A stretch of DNA of 64,000 bases from an uncultured Clostridia bacterium (GCA_944383375.1 CALWPG010000001.1:46827-110826), one strand, 5' to 3'; shown: positions 39,397-50,505, counted from the stretch's first letter. The notes: a model not told the origin generated them from the letters alone. A program made the numbers and translations.

Positions 39397-42300
39397 ATGA
39401 TTATCACAAGAAACAAATTTAACGTTATTTCAGTTATACTTTTAACCATTTTATTGTCTTTGTGCCTTTGTTTCTACACTGGCATAAATACTGATTTTGT
39501 ATATGCACAAAATATGGCATCACAAGAAATTACTTTAACCAACAGTGATTTCAATTCAAGTACCACTTCATCATTGCAATCCACACCAAATGGTTGGTCT
39601 AGAGTTGGTTCATCAAGTGGAACTAATGGTGTAATAAGTGTGAATTCTGAAACATTTTCTAGTCGCGCATCCAGTTATTCTCTCACAAGTTCTCAAAATC
39701 CAAGTAAACCTTATACTCAACCAAATGCAGAGCTTGATGATCATATTTTGATGATCAATGCAAAAAATTCAGCTACACAAATCGATGCACAAAACCATCT
39801 TGGATATGAATCTAACGACATAACCTTAGACGAGTACTCATATTATCGTTTCAGCATATGGACACTGACGCAAACAAATGCACGTGCCTCTATTTATATT
39901 GAAGGTTTGGACGACGACACGGCAAACACCAAATTTGAGGCTTACACAACAAATGGTTGGACTGAATATAGATTTTATATAGCAACTGGTATCGAAGAAC
40001 AAACAATCTCACTCCAACTTTGGCTTGGCACAAAGACTAGCGATAGCACAAACGCGGTTTTCTTTGATCACATAACCATCACCCAACTTTCTGGCAATTA
40101 TTTCTATCAGGAAGCTGGACAGTATGTAGGTAGTGATAGTGGTGTACTAAATAGAACAAACGTAATTGATTTAAGAGACACCCTTGGTGACATGATAGAC
40201 AATGCCAATTTTGAAACTGGCAATTTTTCTGGTTGGACAGTTGAGAACTATTTACCAATTGGCGGCAATGCTAAAATAGTTAGCATACAAAATCAAGCGA
40301 GCATGGAAAGTTTAGGCCTCAAGTATTTAGGCTCCTCACTCAGCGAGCAAAACGACTATGCTTTGGTTCTATATTCGACCTCAGATCAACCCGTAACCAT
40401 TCAATACAAAAGTTCTTCATTTGATGTTTTACCATATGAAACGTATAAAATTACGATTTGGGCTAAAGTTAGTGATGACTTTGATGGTAATGCATATGTT
40501 ACTTTGAAAGAAGGCACCGATGTATCTAACTTTTATGGAGAGCAATATTCTGAAAGTTTTTATACTCCCGTAGAACAATCTGTGACCATTTCTTCTAACA
40601 CTACAAATGTTCTAACAAATAACTATACTCCATACAGCATATACGTTAAAGGCCACGATTTATACAAAACATCATTTTCTTTGGTCCTTAGTTTAGGAAA
40701 CAATGAAGAAGGTGCAACTGGCAGCATTGTTTTTGATGATATCACTTTTGAAGCTATTTCATGGTCACAATTTGATGATGCGTCGTCAACAAATTCAATC
40801 TCAGTTTCACCTAGTATATTAACAGGTTCACCAACTGTTGAAAATGGTAATTTTAATGAAGCCGATACATTAGATAAAAATTTTGAATATCCTGTTACTC
40901 CTGCAAGTTGGACAAGTGAAACAGAAAATGCTACATCTAGCATGTATGGAATAATAAACACCCATTCCCCTCTTTATGAAACTCATCGCCAAGAGTATGG
41001 CAATGCTAGAAATCCAGGAAATCCTTCCACTGTAAGTAATCTTGGTGTTGACAAAGATGTTAATAATGTATTGATGTTATACAATTACCAAGAAACGTAT
41101 CAATCAATTACAAGTTCAGATATAACCACAACTGCAAACAGCTATCAGACCATTTCATTTGATTATAAAACCGTTACACAAGACGCAAACAATAGTCTAC
41201 TTAGTGTATACATTGTTGATGGTGACGGCAACACTTTATTTGCTGATACAGGACTTAGAAGCAATGATTGGACTAACTACACATTAATGATAAACACTGA
41301 TACCTACACAAGCACTTTGAGATTAAGACTTGCTTTAGGAACAGAAGAAAATCCCGTCGTGGGATACCTTTATGTGGACAATGTTCGTTTCGATACAAAT
41401 AGCACAATGACAGATGATCAATATGAAGTGTATGCTCAAACACATAAAACGTTGGACTTTTCATTGACAAACTTCAACTTTGTTTCCAGTGATTCATTGT
41501 ATGGTATCCATACCCCATATATGTACGAACAAAATCTCGAACAAGGATCAAATCCATCTCAGGGTGATCTTGTCGCATATGGTGGAATGATTGATAGTGA
41601 GAATAACATTTACGGAATTTCAAATAGTACAGATGATCCAGAACAAACCTATATGCCTGCATTTATTTCAAATTCCATTTCTCGCTATACCCTAACCGGA
41701 AAAGAAAGCCTATCACTTCAGGCAAATACCTATTATAAAGTATCTGTAAATGTATTGACCCGTTTCACGGGAAATACAGAACAAGCTGGCGTAAGTGATG
41801 AGGAAAAATTGGCCTTTGGTGCAATTTTTGGTTTAGTCGGTATGGACAAAAACTTTGAAGAGATTGTTTCAAATGATGAATGGACAACTTATACAATTTA
41901 TGTAACGGTATCTTCAACAACTTCTGTTCAACTACAATTTGGAATTTTAAATGAAAGTGCCGAGATTCAAGGACAGGCCTTCTTTGATAACCTAATGTTT
42001 GAAACCATTGAGGAAACAGAATATAACGATGCGCTTGAAAGATTTGCAGATGATAAATCAGTTTTACTATTAACAGCAGAAGATGCTACTTCCGATGACG
42101 ATAATGACGATATTGAAAATGACGATGAAACGGGAAATGAAGGACTATTTTGGTACCTAATTCCAACAGCAATTTTGTTTGTGGCTTTGGTTATCGCACT
42201 CTGTGCATACTTCATGAAAAAAGTTACTATAAAGAAATGGGAAAGAAAGAAAGCAAGTGAATATGACAGAGAAGCAACTCTTTATAGAGATGTCGTAAGA

Positions 42301-42678
42301 CGTGAGGCAGAGCAAATTCGTGACAATAAGATTAAAGAGTATGAAAATAAGATAAATGAAATAAAACAACAACTTGAAAAAATTGAACAAATTCATCAAG
42401 AAAATTTAAAACAACAACGCACTACACTTGGACAACAACAAATTACAAAATCGTCTGAACGTGATTTTAAAGCTTATGCTAGCAGACATACAAAACTTGA
42501 AAATCAAATAGAAGCTTTAAATGCAAAAATTGAATCGTTTAAACTTCCTGAATATCTTTTGTCGGTACAACGTTCAATCATATTGGAAAAAGTTAAAAAA
42601 GAAAAACTTGAAAAAGAAAAAAGGATTAAAGAAGAAAAAGCGAAAAAGAAAGCAGACAAACAAAAAAATAAAGGCTAA
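39397..42678 (+). CDS. Large single-pass surface protein with four CBM-like jelly-roll repeats and a cytoplasmic coiled coil
   Basis: Signal peptide; repeats begin N(S/A/G)(D/N)F and end FD(H/D/N)I/V/L; TM helix LFWYLIPTAILFVALVIALCAYFM; charged C-terminal tail. Confidence 0.7.
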   Translation: MIITRNKFNVISVILLTILLSLCLCFYTGINTDFVYAQNMASQEITLTNSDFNSSTTSSLQSTPNGWSRVGSSSGTNGVISVNSETFSSRASSYSLTSSQNPSKPYTQPNAELDDHILMINAKNSATQIDAQNHLGYESNDITLDEYSYYRFSIWTLTQTNARASIYIEGLDDDTANTKFEAYTTNGWTEYRFYIATGIEEQTISLQLWLGTKTSDSTNAVFFDHITITQLSGNYFYQEAGQYVGSDSGVLNRTNVIDLRDTLGDMIDNANFETGNFSGWTVENYLPIGGNAKIVSIQNQASMESLGLKYLGSSLSEQNDYALVLYSTSDQPVTIQYKSSSFDVLPYETYKITIWAKVSDDFDGNAYVTLKEGTDVSNFYGEQYSESFYTPVEQSVTISSNTTNVLTNNYTPYSIYVKGHDLYKTSFSLVLSLGNNEEGATGSIVFDDITFEAISWSQFDDASSTNSISVSPSILTGSPTVENGNFNEADTLDKNFEYPVTPASWTSETENATSSMYGIINTHSPLYETHRQEYGNARNPGNPSTVSNLGVDKDVNNVLMLYNYQETYQSITSSDITTTANSYQTISFDYKTVTQDANNSLLSVYIVDGDGNTLFADTGLRSNDWTNYTLMINTDTYTSTLRLRLALGTEENPVVGYLYVDNVRFDTNSTMTDDQYEVYAQTHKTLDFSLTNFNFVSSDSLYGIHTPYMYEQNLEQGSNPSQGDLVAYGGMIDSENNIYGISNSTDDPEQTYMPAFISNSISRYTLTGKESLSLQANTYYKVSVNVLTRFTGNTEQAGVSDEEKLAFGAIFGLVGMDKNFEEIVSNDEWTTYTIYVTVSSTTSVQLQFGILNESAEIQGQAFFDNLMFETIEETEYNDALERFADDKSVLLLTAEDATSDDDNDDIENDDETGNEGLFWYLIPTAILFVALVIALCAYFMKKVTIKKWERKKASEYDREATLYRDVVRREAEQIRDNKIKEYENKINEIKQQLEKIEQIHQENLKQQRTTLGQQQITKSSERDFKAYASRHTKLENQIEALNAKIESFKLPEYLLSVQRSIILEKVKKEKLEKEKRIKEEKAKKKADKQKNKG

Positions 42679-42698
42679 CCAAAAGTTAGCCTTTTTTT
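42670..42698 (+). terminator. Intrinsic (possibly bidirectional) terminator
   Basis: AAAGGCTAAC-5 nt-GTTAGCCTTT followed by a T-run, between convergent genes. Confidence 0.8.
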
Positions 42699-43257
42699 AA
42701 GAAAATGTTGGCAGCATGCTATTTAGTATTTCAACATGTTCTTCTTCATTTTCCCTTATATGCCTTATGATATCAATAACAGCTTGATTTCTAAGTCTAG
42801 AGATGATGTCATCGTATTGTTTTATTGCACATCTCTCTCCACAAAGCGACGCTTCAATAATTCTCCTTGGATTTTGCACATAATCTATAAATCTTGTTGT
42901 AAAATAACCATCTCTATTTGGTGGATATGCCGTGTAAATTGGATTAACTCCAAGGCGAATCAATGTTTGACCCAACAAATTTAAATGATGCATTTCTTGC
43001 TCAGCTATTTGCATCAGTTGTCTAGACTGATTTGTATAACCTAAATTATCCAAAATTATAGCATAATAAGCATATTGTAAAATAGCACCAAGTTCACTAT
43101 TTCTGCTAGCATAAGCTGGTGCAATAATTCTCGCACTTTGCAAATCTTCAGAAAGTGCAGATAAATCATAGTTGTATGTATTTGGTGTAATTATTTCTGC
43201 ATTATCGTTATTTATCTCGTCTACGTTGTTTTGGGTGTCATTTCTAGTATCTTCCAT
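42697..43257 (-). CDS. Ferritin-like / Mn-catalase-like protein
   Basis: SELGAILQY, EMHH, E..AIKQY and EEEH di-metal motifs. Confidence 0.75.
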   Translation of the reverse strand: MEDTRNDTQNNVDEINNDNAEIITPNTYNYDLSALSEDLQSARIIAPAYASRNSELGAILQYAYYAIILDNLGYTNQSRQLMQIAEQEMHHLNLLGQTLIRLGVNPIYTAYPPNRDGYFTTRFIDYVQNPRRIIEASLCGERCAIKQYDDIISRLRNQAVIDIIRHIRENEEEHVEILNSMLPTFS

Positions 43258-43313
43258 AAAAAAACAACTCCTTTGTACTAAGATATATTCAAAAGAGTTG
43301 TTTTTTGTTACTA

Positions 43314-44405
43314 TTAAACATTAAATCTAAAGAGCATTACATCACCGTCTTGAACTACATAATCTTTACCCTCTATTCGTACCTTACCTTTCTCTTTGGC
43401 AGCATTGTAACTTCCACATTCCACGAGATCCTCATATTTTACAACCTCCGCCTTGATGAAGCCCTTTTCAAAATCTGTATGAATTTTTCCTGCTGCCTGT
43501 GGAGCCTTTGTCCCCTTTTTTATCGTCCATGCGCGACATTCTGTCTCACCTGCTGTAAGATAACTCATAAGTCCAAGTAAGTCATAACTTGCTTTGACTA
43601 ATTGATCAAGTCCACTCTGTTCAATGCCAAGTTCCTGTTTAAAAAGTTCTCTATCTTCAACATTTAGCTTAGTTAATTCTTCCTCAATTTTTGCACACAA
43701 AGCTATTGTTTTTGCATTTTCACTTTCTGCATATTTACGGACTGCATCTACATAGCTATTGCTTTTTCCAATATCATTTTCACCTATGTTAGCACAATAT
43801 ATGACTGGCTTTGTGGTTAGTAAAAAGAATGAATTTATAATCTTTTGCTCATCTTCATCATTTGCGATAACCGTCCTAGCATTCTTGCCCTCTTCCAATG
43901 CTTGTTTTATTCGCTTAAGAATATCTAACTCTTTTTCTGATTGTTTCTCGCCAACTCTTGCTAATTTGTATAACTTGTCATATCTTTTGTTCACAGTCTC
44001 TAAATCTGCCAAAATAAGCTCTAAATTAATAATCTCAATATCTCTGACTGGATCAACAGAGCTGTTAACATTGATTATGTTTGAATCATCAAAACATCTT
44101 ACAACATGACAAATTGCATCAACTTCACGAATGTGGCTTAAAAATTTGTTGCCAAGCCCCTCACCCTTGCTTGCTCCTTTTACAAGTCCTGCTATATCAA
44201 CAAACTCTATTGATGCGTAAGTTATTTTTTTTGTGTTATACATTTTACCAAGCACGTCAAGCCTTTCATCTTTGACATCAACAACGCCCACATTTGGCTC
44301 AATTGTGCAAAATGGATAATTAGCACTTTCTGCACCGGCTTCGGTTATTGCATTAAAAAGTGTGCTCTTACCTACATTAGGTAGGCCAACTACTCCTATT
44401 TTCAT
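43314..44405 (-). CDS. ychF: Redox-regulated ATPase YchF
   Basis: GLPNVGKSTLFN, NYPFCTIEPN and DIAGLVKGAS. Confidence 0.97.
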   Translation of the reverse strand: MKIGVVGLPNVGKSTLFNAITEAGAESANYPFCTIEPNVGVVDVKDERLDVLGKMYNTKKITYASIEFVDIAGLVKGASKGEGLGNKFLSHIREVDAICHVVRCFDDSNIINVNSSVDPVRDIEIINLELILADLETVNKRYDKLYKLARVGEKQSEKELDILKRIKQALEEGKNARTVIANDEDEQKIINSFFLLTTKPVIYCANIGENDIGKSNSYVDAVRKYAESENAKTIALCAKIEEELTKLNVEDRELFKQELGIEQSGLDQLVKASYDLLGLMSYLTAGETECRAWTIKKGTKAPQAAGKIHTDFEKGFIKAEVVKYEDLVECGSYNAAKEKGKVRIEGKDYVVQDGDVMLFRFNV

Positions 44406-44416
44406 ATTTTTTCCTT

Positions 44417-45811
44417 TTAATATAATTGTTTTATGTCCCAAGTCGTTTGAGTTTTTGTGTCTTTTAAAATAATACCTTTGTCTAGAAGTTTATTTCTAAT
44501 ATCATCTGCTAAGACATAATTTTTTTGCAATTTTGCGTTCTGTCTGCAGGATATTGCTTGTTCAATTTCAATGGAATTAATTCCCAAAATTTTGAGATAT
44601 TTTTGCTTGATGTTTTGTATAAATTGACTTGGAGACTGTTTAAAAATTCCCAAAACATTTTGTATGAATGGCAAACATGAAGCAATTATGGAGGCATTTT
44701 GCGAATTTTTTGCTTTGGAAAAGTTTGAACATGTAACAAATAAATCTGCTATGACTTTTGAACTATTAAAATCATCATCCATGTTTTCAAAAAATTTGTT
44801 GACTAAATCCATATTTTCGCTGATTTCAAATTGTGAGATGTCTTGAAGCATGTTGTAAAAATAATATAAATTTTTTTCAGCCAAAGCCAAAGCATCATCT
44901 CCCAGATCTTGTGTTGAAGTGTAGTGGTTTGTCAGTATGGCAAGTCTAATTACTTCACTATCATAAGTTTTTAAAACATCATCAACAAGCATGAAGTTGC
45001 CAAGACTCTTGCTCATCTTTTGTCCATTTATTGTAATCAATCCATTATGAAGCCAGTATTTTGCTAAATCACAATCATTTGCACAATAACTTTGAGCAAT
45101 TTCATTTTCATGATGAGGAAAAATTAAATCTTTTCCACCACCATGAATGTCAATTTGATCTCCTAAATAAGTTTTTATCATGGTGGAACATTCAATGTGC
45201 CAACCTGGTCTTCCAATGCCCCAAGGAGAAGAAAATCCAAAATCATCACCTGCAGAGTGCTTCCAAAGCGCAAAATCAAGTGTGTCTCGTTTATTATCTG
45301 CACTTTCAATTCTGACAGAATCAATAAGTTCATCTATTTTTCTATTGGAAAGCATACCATAACCATGGAATTTCTTCACATCAAAATACACATCCCCATC
45401 GCCGGTTTCATATGCAAAGCCTTTTTTAATTAAATTTTCAATAAATTCAATGATTTGTGGAATGGTTTTGGTAACTCTTGGCCTATAATCTGGTTCAGAT
45501 ACACCAAGATTTTTCCATGTTGTATTTATCTTTTCTATTCGCTCATCAGCTAGTTCAACGGGTGAGATACCCATTTGCTTTGCTTGAAGGACTAATTTAT
45601 CATCAACATCGGTGTAATTTGAAGCATATTTTACATTGTAGCCTTTGAGTTTTAGGTATTTATATATCATATCAAATGTGATTGCTTGCCTTGCATGACC
45701 TAGATGTGCAAGTCCATTTATTGTCATACCGCATACATACATTTTTACTTCGTTGGAATTAATGGGTATAAATTCTTCTTTTTTTCTATGCAAAACATTA
45801 TAGACTTTCAT
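44417..45811 (-). CDS. cysS: Cysteine--tRNA ligase
   Basis: HLGH, GRPGWHIECS, FPHHENE and KMSKS. Confidence 0.97.
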   Translation of the reverse strand: MKVYNVLHRKKEEFIPINSNEVKMYVCGMTINGLAHLGHARQAITFDMIYKYLKLKGYNVKYASNYTDVDDKLVLQAKQMGISPVELADERIEKINTTWKNLGVSEPDYRPRVTKTIPQIIEFIENLIKKGFAYETGDGDVYFDVKKFHGYGMLSNRKIDELIDSVRIESADNKRDTLDFALWKHSAGDDFGFSSPWGIGRPGWHIECSTMIKTYLGDQIDIHGGGKDLIFPHHENEIAQSYCANDCDLAKYWLHNGLITINGQKMSKSLGNFMLVDDVLKTYDSEVIRLAILTNHYTSTQDLGDDALALAEKNLYYFYNMLQDISQFEISENMDLVNKFFENMDDDFNSSKVIADLFVTCSNFSKAKNSQNASIIASCLPFIQNVLGIFKQSPSQFIQNIKQKYLKILGINSIEIEQAISCRQNAKLQKNYVLADDIRNKLLDKGIILKDTKTQTTWDIKQLY

Positions 45812-45812
45812 A

Positions 45813-46454
45813 TTATTCCTCTATTTGAGATATTTTTTGTTTTTTAATTCTTGTAACTTTAAATTGTAATGCAAAGTTTTTATCTTTATATGTCAAAATG
45901 GCACAACAAAGTGCAGCCACAATTGCTCCAACAACTCCAGCTATCATATCAAACATTGTATCAAAAAGTGCGCTTTGTCCGACAAGTTCACCTGCGTGCT
46001 GCATATCCATATCAAATATTATATCTGCAATGAATTCATATATTTCCCAAAGGCCAGCAAAAGCAGTTGAGAATGCAAATACAAATATAAAGACATACAT
46101 GACCGAACCAGAACTTTTTTTACCCAAGTGATTGACAAAAAACATGCCCAAAAAGCCTAACAGAAGACCACTTGCAAAATGCACCACAAGATCCCACCAC
46201 CATACAATGTTGTATAGGTTTACAAATGTGCCAAGGTATATGCTTAAGAATAAAAATATATAAAATAAACTTGTGGCAGACAATGGAAATTGAATTTTAA
46301 ATATCCACCTAAGAAGATAAGGAATGAACAAAATAAATATTGCCAATATCCTTTGCAAAAGTGGCATATAAGATGTGGTTACATTTTCCACAATGTCAAC
46401 TATACAAAAAACAGTTGATATTATAAAAGCAACTAAAACTCCTACAAAAAGCAT
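45813..46454 (-). CDS. Multi-pass membrane protein (DUF2238-like)
   Basis: WWDLVVH, WEIYEF and DTMFDM motifs; start uncertain. Confidence 0.65.
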   Translation of the reverse strand: MLFVGVLVAFIISTVFCIVDIVENVTTSYMPLLQRILAIFILFIPYLLRWIFKIQFPLSATSLFYIFLFLSIYLGTFVNLYNIVWWWDLVVHFASGLLLGFLGMFFVNHLGKKSSGSVMYVFIFVFAFSTAFAGLWEIYEFIADIIFDMDMQHAGELVGQSALFDTMFDMIAGVVGAIVAALCCAILTYKDKNFALQFKVTRIKKQKISQIEE

Positions 46455-46600
46455 AATGTTCAGTGCATTAAAAGCATCAAAATTTCTTTATTGTTGACTA
46501 CGCTCTACAAAACTTTTCATACCAAATAATTATTACACAAGAGATTAAATAAATCAACCATTTAAACATAAAAAAACTCACCTTTAGTGGCGAGTTTAAA

Positions 46601-46984
46601 TTACATAGACAATTCATCATTTTTGTTTGAAACATCTTTTTGTTGTGAGTCCATATTGAAATTATTTTGAGCTTCGTGAAATTGCATACTGTTGTGTTGT
46701 TGAGTTTGTTTTTCTTGTTTTGGGTTGTATTTTTCTACTTGAACTTGTTTTTCAATAAACATTTCTTTTGAAACATCTTCTGCTTTCTTGTCAAGTACAA
46801 CTCCTCCGACAATGCTTCCAACTCCACATGCTACGCAACCGATAACTGCGAAGATTGCACCAATACCGCTTAACAGGAAACTTGAACAGATAAGCGCAGT
46901 AGAAACTATTAATCCCGAATACTTTACCACATTTGCCCAAATATTAAACATTTTTTGTTTCTTTTTTAATTCTCTTTTTGTCAT
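46601..46984 (-). CDS. Hypothetical two-TM protein
   Basis: AAGGAG RBS, its own TTGACA-16 nt-TATACT promoter and a downstream hairpin. Confidence 0.7.
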   Translation of the reverse strand: MTKRELKKKQKMFNIWANVVKYSGLIVSTALICSSFLLSGIGAIFAVIGCVACGVGSIVGGVVLDKKAEDVSKEMFIEKQVQVEKYNPKQEKQTQQHNSMQFHEAQNNFNMDSQQKDVSNKNDELSM

Positions 46985-47034
46985 AAAATCTCCTTGCCGA
47001 AATAGTATATCATAAACAATTAGAATGTCAAGAT

Positions 47035-49188
47035 CTACTTTTCAACATCTTTCATGGTTAGTGAAATCCTTTTCTTTTCAACATCAACCCCTATGACCTT
47101 GACCGTCACAACATCGCCTACTTTTAAAACTTCACTAGGGTGTTTGATATATCTGTCGCAAATTTGTGAAATATGCACAAGCCCATCTTGGTGCACCCCA
47201 ATATCGACAAAAGCACCAAAATCTATGACATTTCTGACAGTCCCGGTGAGTACCATGCCCTCTTTTAGATCTTCTAGCGACAAAAGATCACTTCTAAGCA
47301 CTGGTTTTGGCATGCTTTCGCGGATATCTCTTCCAGGACGCAAAAGTTCTGTGACTATATCATTTAATGTCGGAATACCAACATTGCAAAGTTTTGCTAC
47401 TTTTTCCTCTCCCTCATTTTTAATCAAACTTGGCAAAATAGCTAAATTGCCATTTTTTACATCTTCGCTATCAAGGTTAAAATGGTCTAAAAGTATTTTT
47501 ACAGCGCCATAACTTTCTGGATGAACAGCGGTATTATCCAAAACATTGTCGCCGTCAGTTATGCGCAAGAAACCCGCACATTGCTCATAGGCTTTTTGTC
47601 CTAAACCCGATACTTTTAAAAGTTGCTCTCTATTTGAGTAATGTTTAATATCTTTACGATACGCAACAATGTTTTTGGCTGTTTTGGTGTTTAAACCTGA
47701 AACAAACTCTAAAAGTCTAACTGATGCCGTATTTAAATCCACACCAACACTATTTACACAATCTTCAACAACTCCGGTGAGAACCTCTGTAAGCCTTGCC
47801 TGTGGCATGTCGTGTTGATATTGACCCACACCTATGGATTTAACATCAATTTTTATCAGTTCACTTAGTGGATCCTGAAGTCTTCTTGCAATACTTACTG
47901 CACTGCGTAAATTTACATCAAAATCTGGGAACTCTTGAGCGCCAAGTTTAGATGCACTATAAACTGAAGCACCTGCTTCATTAACCATAGCATAGGAAAC
48001 TTGACGTGGTATATGTTTTAAAAGTTCCACAACAAATATTTCACTCTCCTTGCTTGCAGTGCCGTTTCCAATGGCTATGATATCGACTTTATGTTTTAAA
48101 ATAAGTTTTGAAAGAATTTCCATACTTTCTTCAGTCTTTGACTGTGGAGGTGTTGGATATACGACTGCAGTGTCTAAAACGTCGCCCTTTTGGTCAATTA
48201 TGGCAATTTTACAACCCATTCTGTATCCCGGATCAAAACCCATTATGACATTATTCTTTAAAGGTGCTTGCAAAAGTAGTGGGCGAAGATTGACATCAAA
48301 CATCTTGATGGCCTGTTCATTTGCTTTGTCCGTTAAAGCAGTTCTAAGTTCTCTTTCAAGTGATGGAAACAACAATCTTTGATAGCTATCGAGGATAGTG
48401 TTTTTAATTAATTCATTGGTAAAATCGTTATCTTTTAGATACACTTTTTCTATATCTTTGATTGCTAACTTTTCATCTAAAATTATATTTACTTTCAAGC
48501 AATCTTCTTTTTCACCACGGTTTATGGCTAAAATTCTATGACTTGGTATCTTGCACACCTGTTCTGCGTAATCTGCATACATTTCATAAGTCTTATTTTT
48601 TTCATTCTCAAGAAGTTGTGTTTTTATGCTCGCTTGAACTTGTAAAAGCTCACGCAATGTTTTTCTAAGTTCACTGTCATCACTTATAATTTCAGCTACG
48701 ATATCCAAAGCGCCGTTTATTGCTTCTTCTGTATTTTTAACATCTTTGTCTGGATCAACATACTCTTCGGCAATAATTTTTGGCTCGCATGTTAAATTTT
48801 GAGCGAGCAATATGTCGGCTAAAGGTTGCAAACCTTTGCTTATCGCCACCGACGCACGGGTTTTTCTTTTTGGCTTGTATGGTCTGTAAATATCCTCAAC
48901 TTCTGTCAAAGTTTTGGCTTGGCTAAGTTTTTGCTCTAATTCATCAGACCATTTTTCTTGTTCTTTTATGCTATTTTCCACTTCTTGCTTGCGTTTTTCT
49001 AAGTTACGCAAATAATTTAGCCTGTCGTTCATCTCTCTTAAAATTTGGTCATCCAAACTTCCAGTAAGCTCTTTTCTGTACCTTGCAATAAAAGGAATAG
49101 TGTCGCCGTCATCTAACATTTTGACGATATTATCCACTCTGTCTAGTCTAACATCAAATTCTTTTGATAGTGTTTCATTTATATTCAT
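47035..49188 (-). CDS. tex: Tex family RNA-binding transcriptional accessory protein
   Basis: TIPFIARYRKE, IGVGQYQHD and C-terminal S1 domain. Confidence 0.95.
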   Translation of the reverse strand: MNINETLSKEFDVRLDRVDNIVKMLDDGDTIPFIARYRKELTGSLDDQILREMNDRLNYLRNLEKRKQEVENSIKEQEKWSDELEQKLSQAKTLTEVEDIYRPYKPKRKTRASVAISKGLQPLADILLAQNLTCEPKIIAEEYVDPDKDVKNTEEAINGALDIVAEIISDDSELRKTLRELLQVQASIKTQLLENEKNKTYEMYADYAEQVCKIPSHRILAINRGEKEDCLKVNIILDEKLAIKDIEKVYLKDNDFTNELIKNTILDSYQRLLFPSLERELRTALTDKANEQAIKMFDVNLRPLLLQAPLKNNVIMGFDPGYRMGCKIAIIDQKGDVLDTAVVYPTPPQSKTEESMEILSKLILKHKVDIIAIGNGTASKESEIFVVELLKHIPRQVSYAMVNEAGASVYSASKLGAQEFPDFDVNLRSAVSIARRLQDPLSELIKIDVKSIGVGQYQHDMPQARLTEVLTGVVEDCVNSVGVDLNTASVRLLEFVSGLNTKTAKNIVAYRKDIKHYSNREQLLKVSGLGQKAYEQCAGFLRITDGDNVLDNTAVHPESYGAVKILLDHFNLDSEDVKNGNLAILPSLIKNEGEEKVAKLCNVGIPTLNDIVTELLRPGRDIRESMPKPVLRSDLLSLEDLKEGMVLTGTVRNVIDFGAFVDIGVHQDGLVHISQICDRYIKHPSEVLKVGDVVTVKVIGVDVEKKRISLTMKDVEK

Positions 49189-50446
49189 TTTTTAACCTCT
49201 CTTTGATTTCATTAACTTTCTTGTAAATTGTATCCACATCCTCACGAAGGAACTTGCCATCTCTGTATAATATTTCGCCGTTAACCATAGTCAAATATAC
49301 ATCTGAAGATTTTGCGCTGTACACAAGGTGTGAAAGTAAATTATCGTTTGGCTGCATGTGTGGTTTTTGTGTGTCGATTAAAATTAAATCAGCTTTTTTA
49401 CCCACTTTAACTTCGCCACAATCAAATCCTAGAGCTTTGGCACCATTTATTATTGACATTTTCAAAACTTCTTTTGCTCTGACAACACTTGCATCAGATA
49501 TATCCACTTTTGATAACGTAGCTACCAAAAACATCTCTTTAAACATATCCAAACTGTTATTTGAAGCCGCACCGTCAGTACCTATTGATATATTTATATT
49601 TTTATTTTGCATAGCATAGACAGGAGCAATTCCACTTGCCAATTTTACATTACTCGATGGACAGGTACATATATTTGCATCATAGTCAGATAGTATTTGC
49701 AAATCATCTTTGTCCATATGCACACAGTGGTAACATAGAGTTTGTCTGTCAAAAAAGCCCAAACTTTCAAGATACTGAGGTGGTGTCAACCCACCATTAT
49801 TCACCGTGCAATTCCCAACCTCTTCAAGTGTTTCGCATAGGTGTATGCTCATGGGTAAGTTGTATTTTGCAGCAAAATCCACACATTGTTCAATCTCAGA
49901 ACTCGAGGTTGTGTAAATTGAATGAACATAGATACAAGGCTTAATCATCTCGCCGTCGCAAAGACTTAATTGCGACTTTAAAAAATCCACCAAATTCTCC
50001 ACTTTGCGAGTTGACGGCCCAAAGCCCACTCTTGCCCTAAGCCCAGATTGTTTAAGTGCCTTGATTATACTTTCATTTTCAAAATAACACTCTTCTATAC
50101 AGGTAATTCCAGAAGCCAAATACTCCAAAATGGCAAGTTTTTCGCCCCAAAAAATATCCTCAGCCGTCAATTTGTTTTCAAGTGGAATAATGTTATCAAA
50201 AAGCCAATTATTTAGTGGCATATCATCACAAGCACCACGAAGCAAAGTCATTGGAGAATGACAATGCGCATTCACAAATCCCGGCATTAAAATATTGTTG
50301 TGACAATCTATTATTTCGTCAAAAGACAACTTTGGAATAATTTCACCAACATAAATTATAGTATCCCCTTCAACGACAACATGACCCTGCAAAAAATTGC
50401 TTATCTCAGCATCTAAAATTTTTGCATTTTTAAATAAAATTCTCAT
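49175..50446 (-). CDS. Amidohydrolase (MTA/SAH deaminase-like)
   Basis: PGFVNAHCH, HLCET, HCVH and GTDGAASNN. Confidence 0.85.
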   Translation of the reverse strand: MRILFKNAKILDAEISNFLQGHVVVEGDTIIYVGEIIPKLSFDEIIDCHNNILMPGFVNAHCHSPMTLLRGACDDMPLNNWLFDNIIPLENKLTAEDIFWGEKLAILEYLASGITCIEECYFENESIIKALKQSGLRARVGFGPSTRKVENLVDFLKSQLSLCDGEMIKPCIYVHSIYTTSSSEIEQCVDFAAKYNLPMSIHLCETLEEVGNCTVNNGGLTPPQYLESLGFFDRQTLCYHCVHMDKDDLQILSDYDANICTCPSSNVKLASGIAPVYAMQNKNINISIGTDGAASNNSLDMFKEMFLVATLSKVDISDASVVRAKEVLKMSIINGAKALGFDCGEVKVGKKADLILIDTQKPHMQPNDNLLSHLVYSAKSSDVYLTMVNGEILYRDGKFLREDVDTIYKKVNEIKERLKNEYK

Positions 50447-50505
50447 AAAAAGCCCTTAATTTTGTCATATTAAAATCAGTATAATTATATCAAAAGGAGG
50501 AGAAA

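Noticed and set aside
50447-50505. LexA box upstream of dinB
   Set aside because: No GAAC-N4-GTTY match found in the intergenic region
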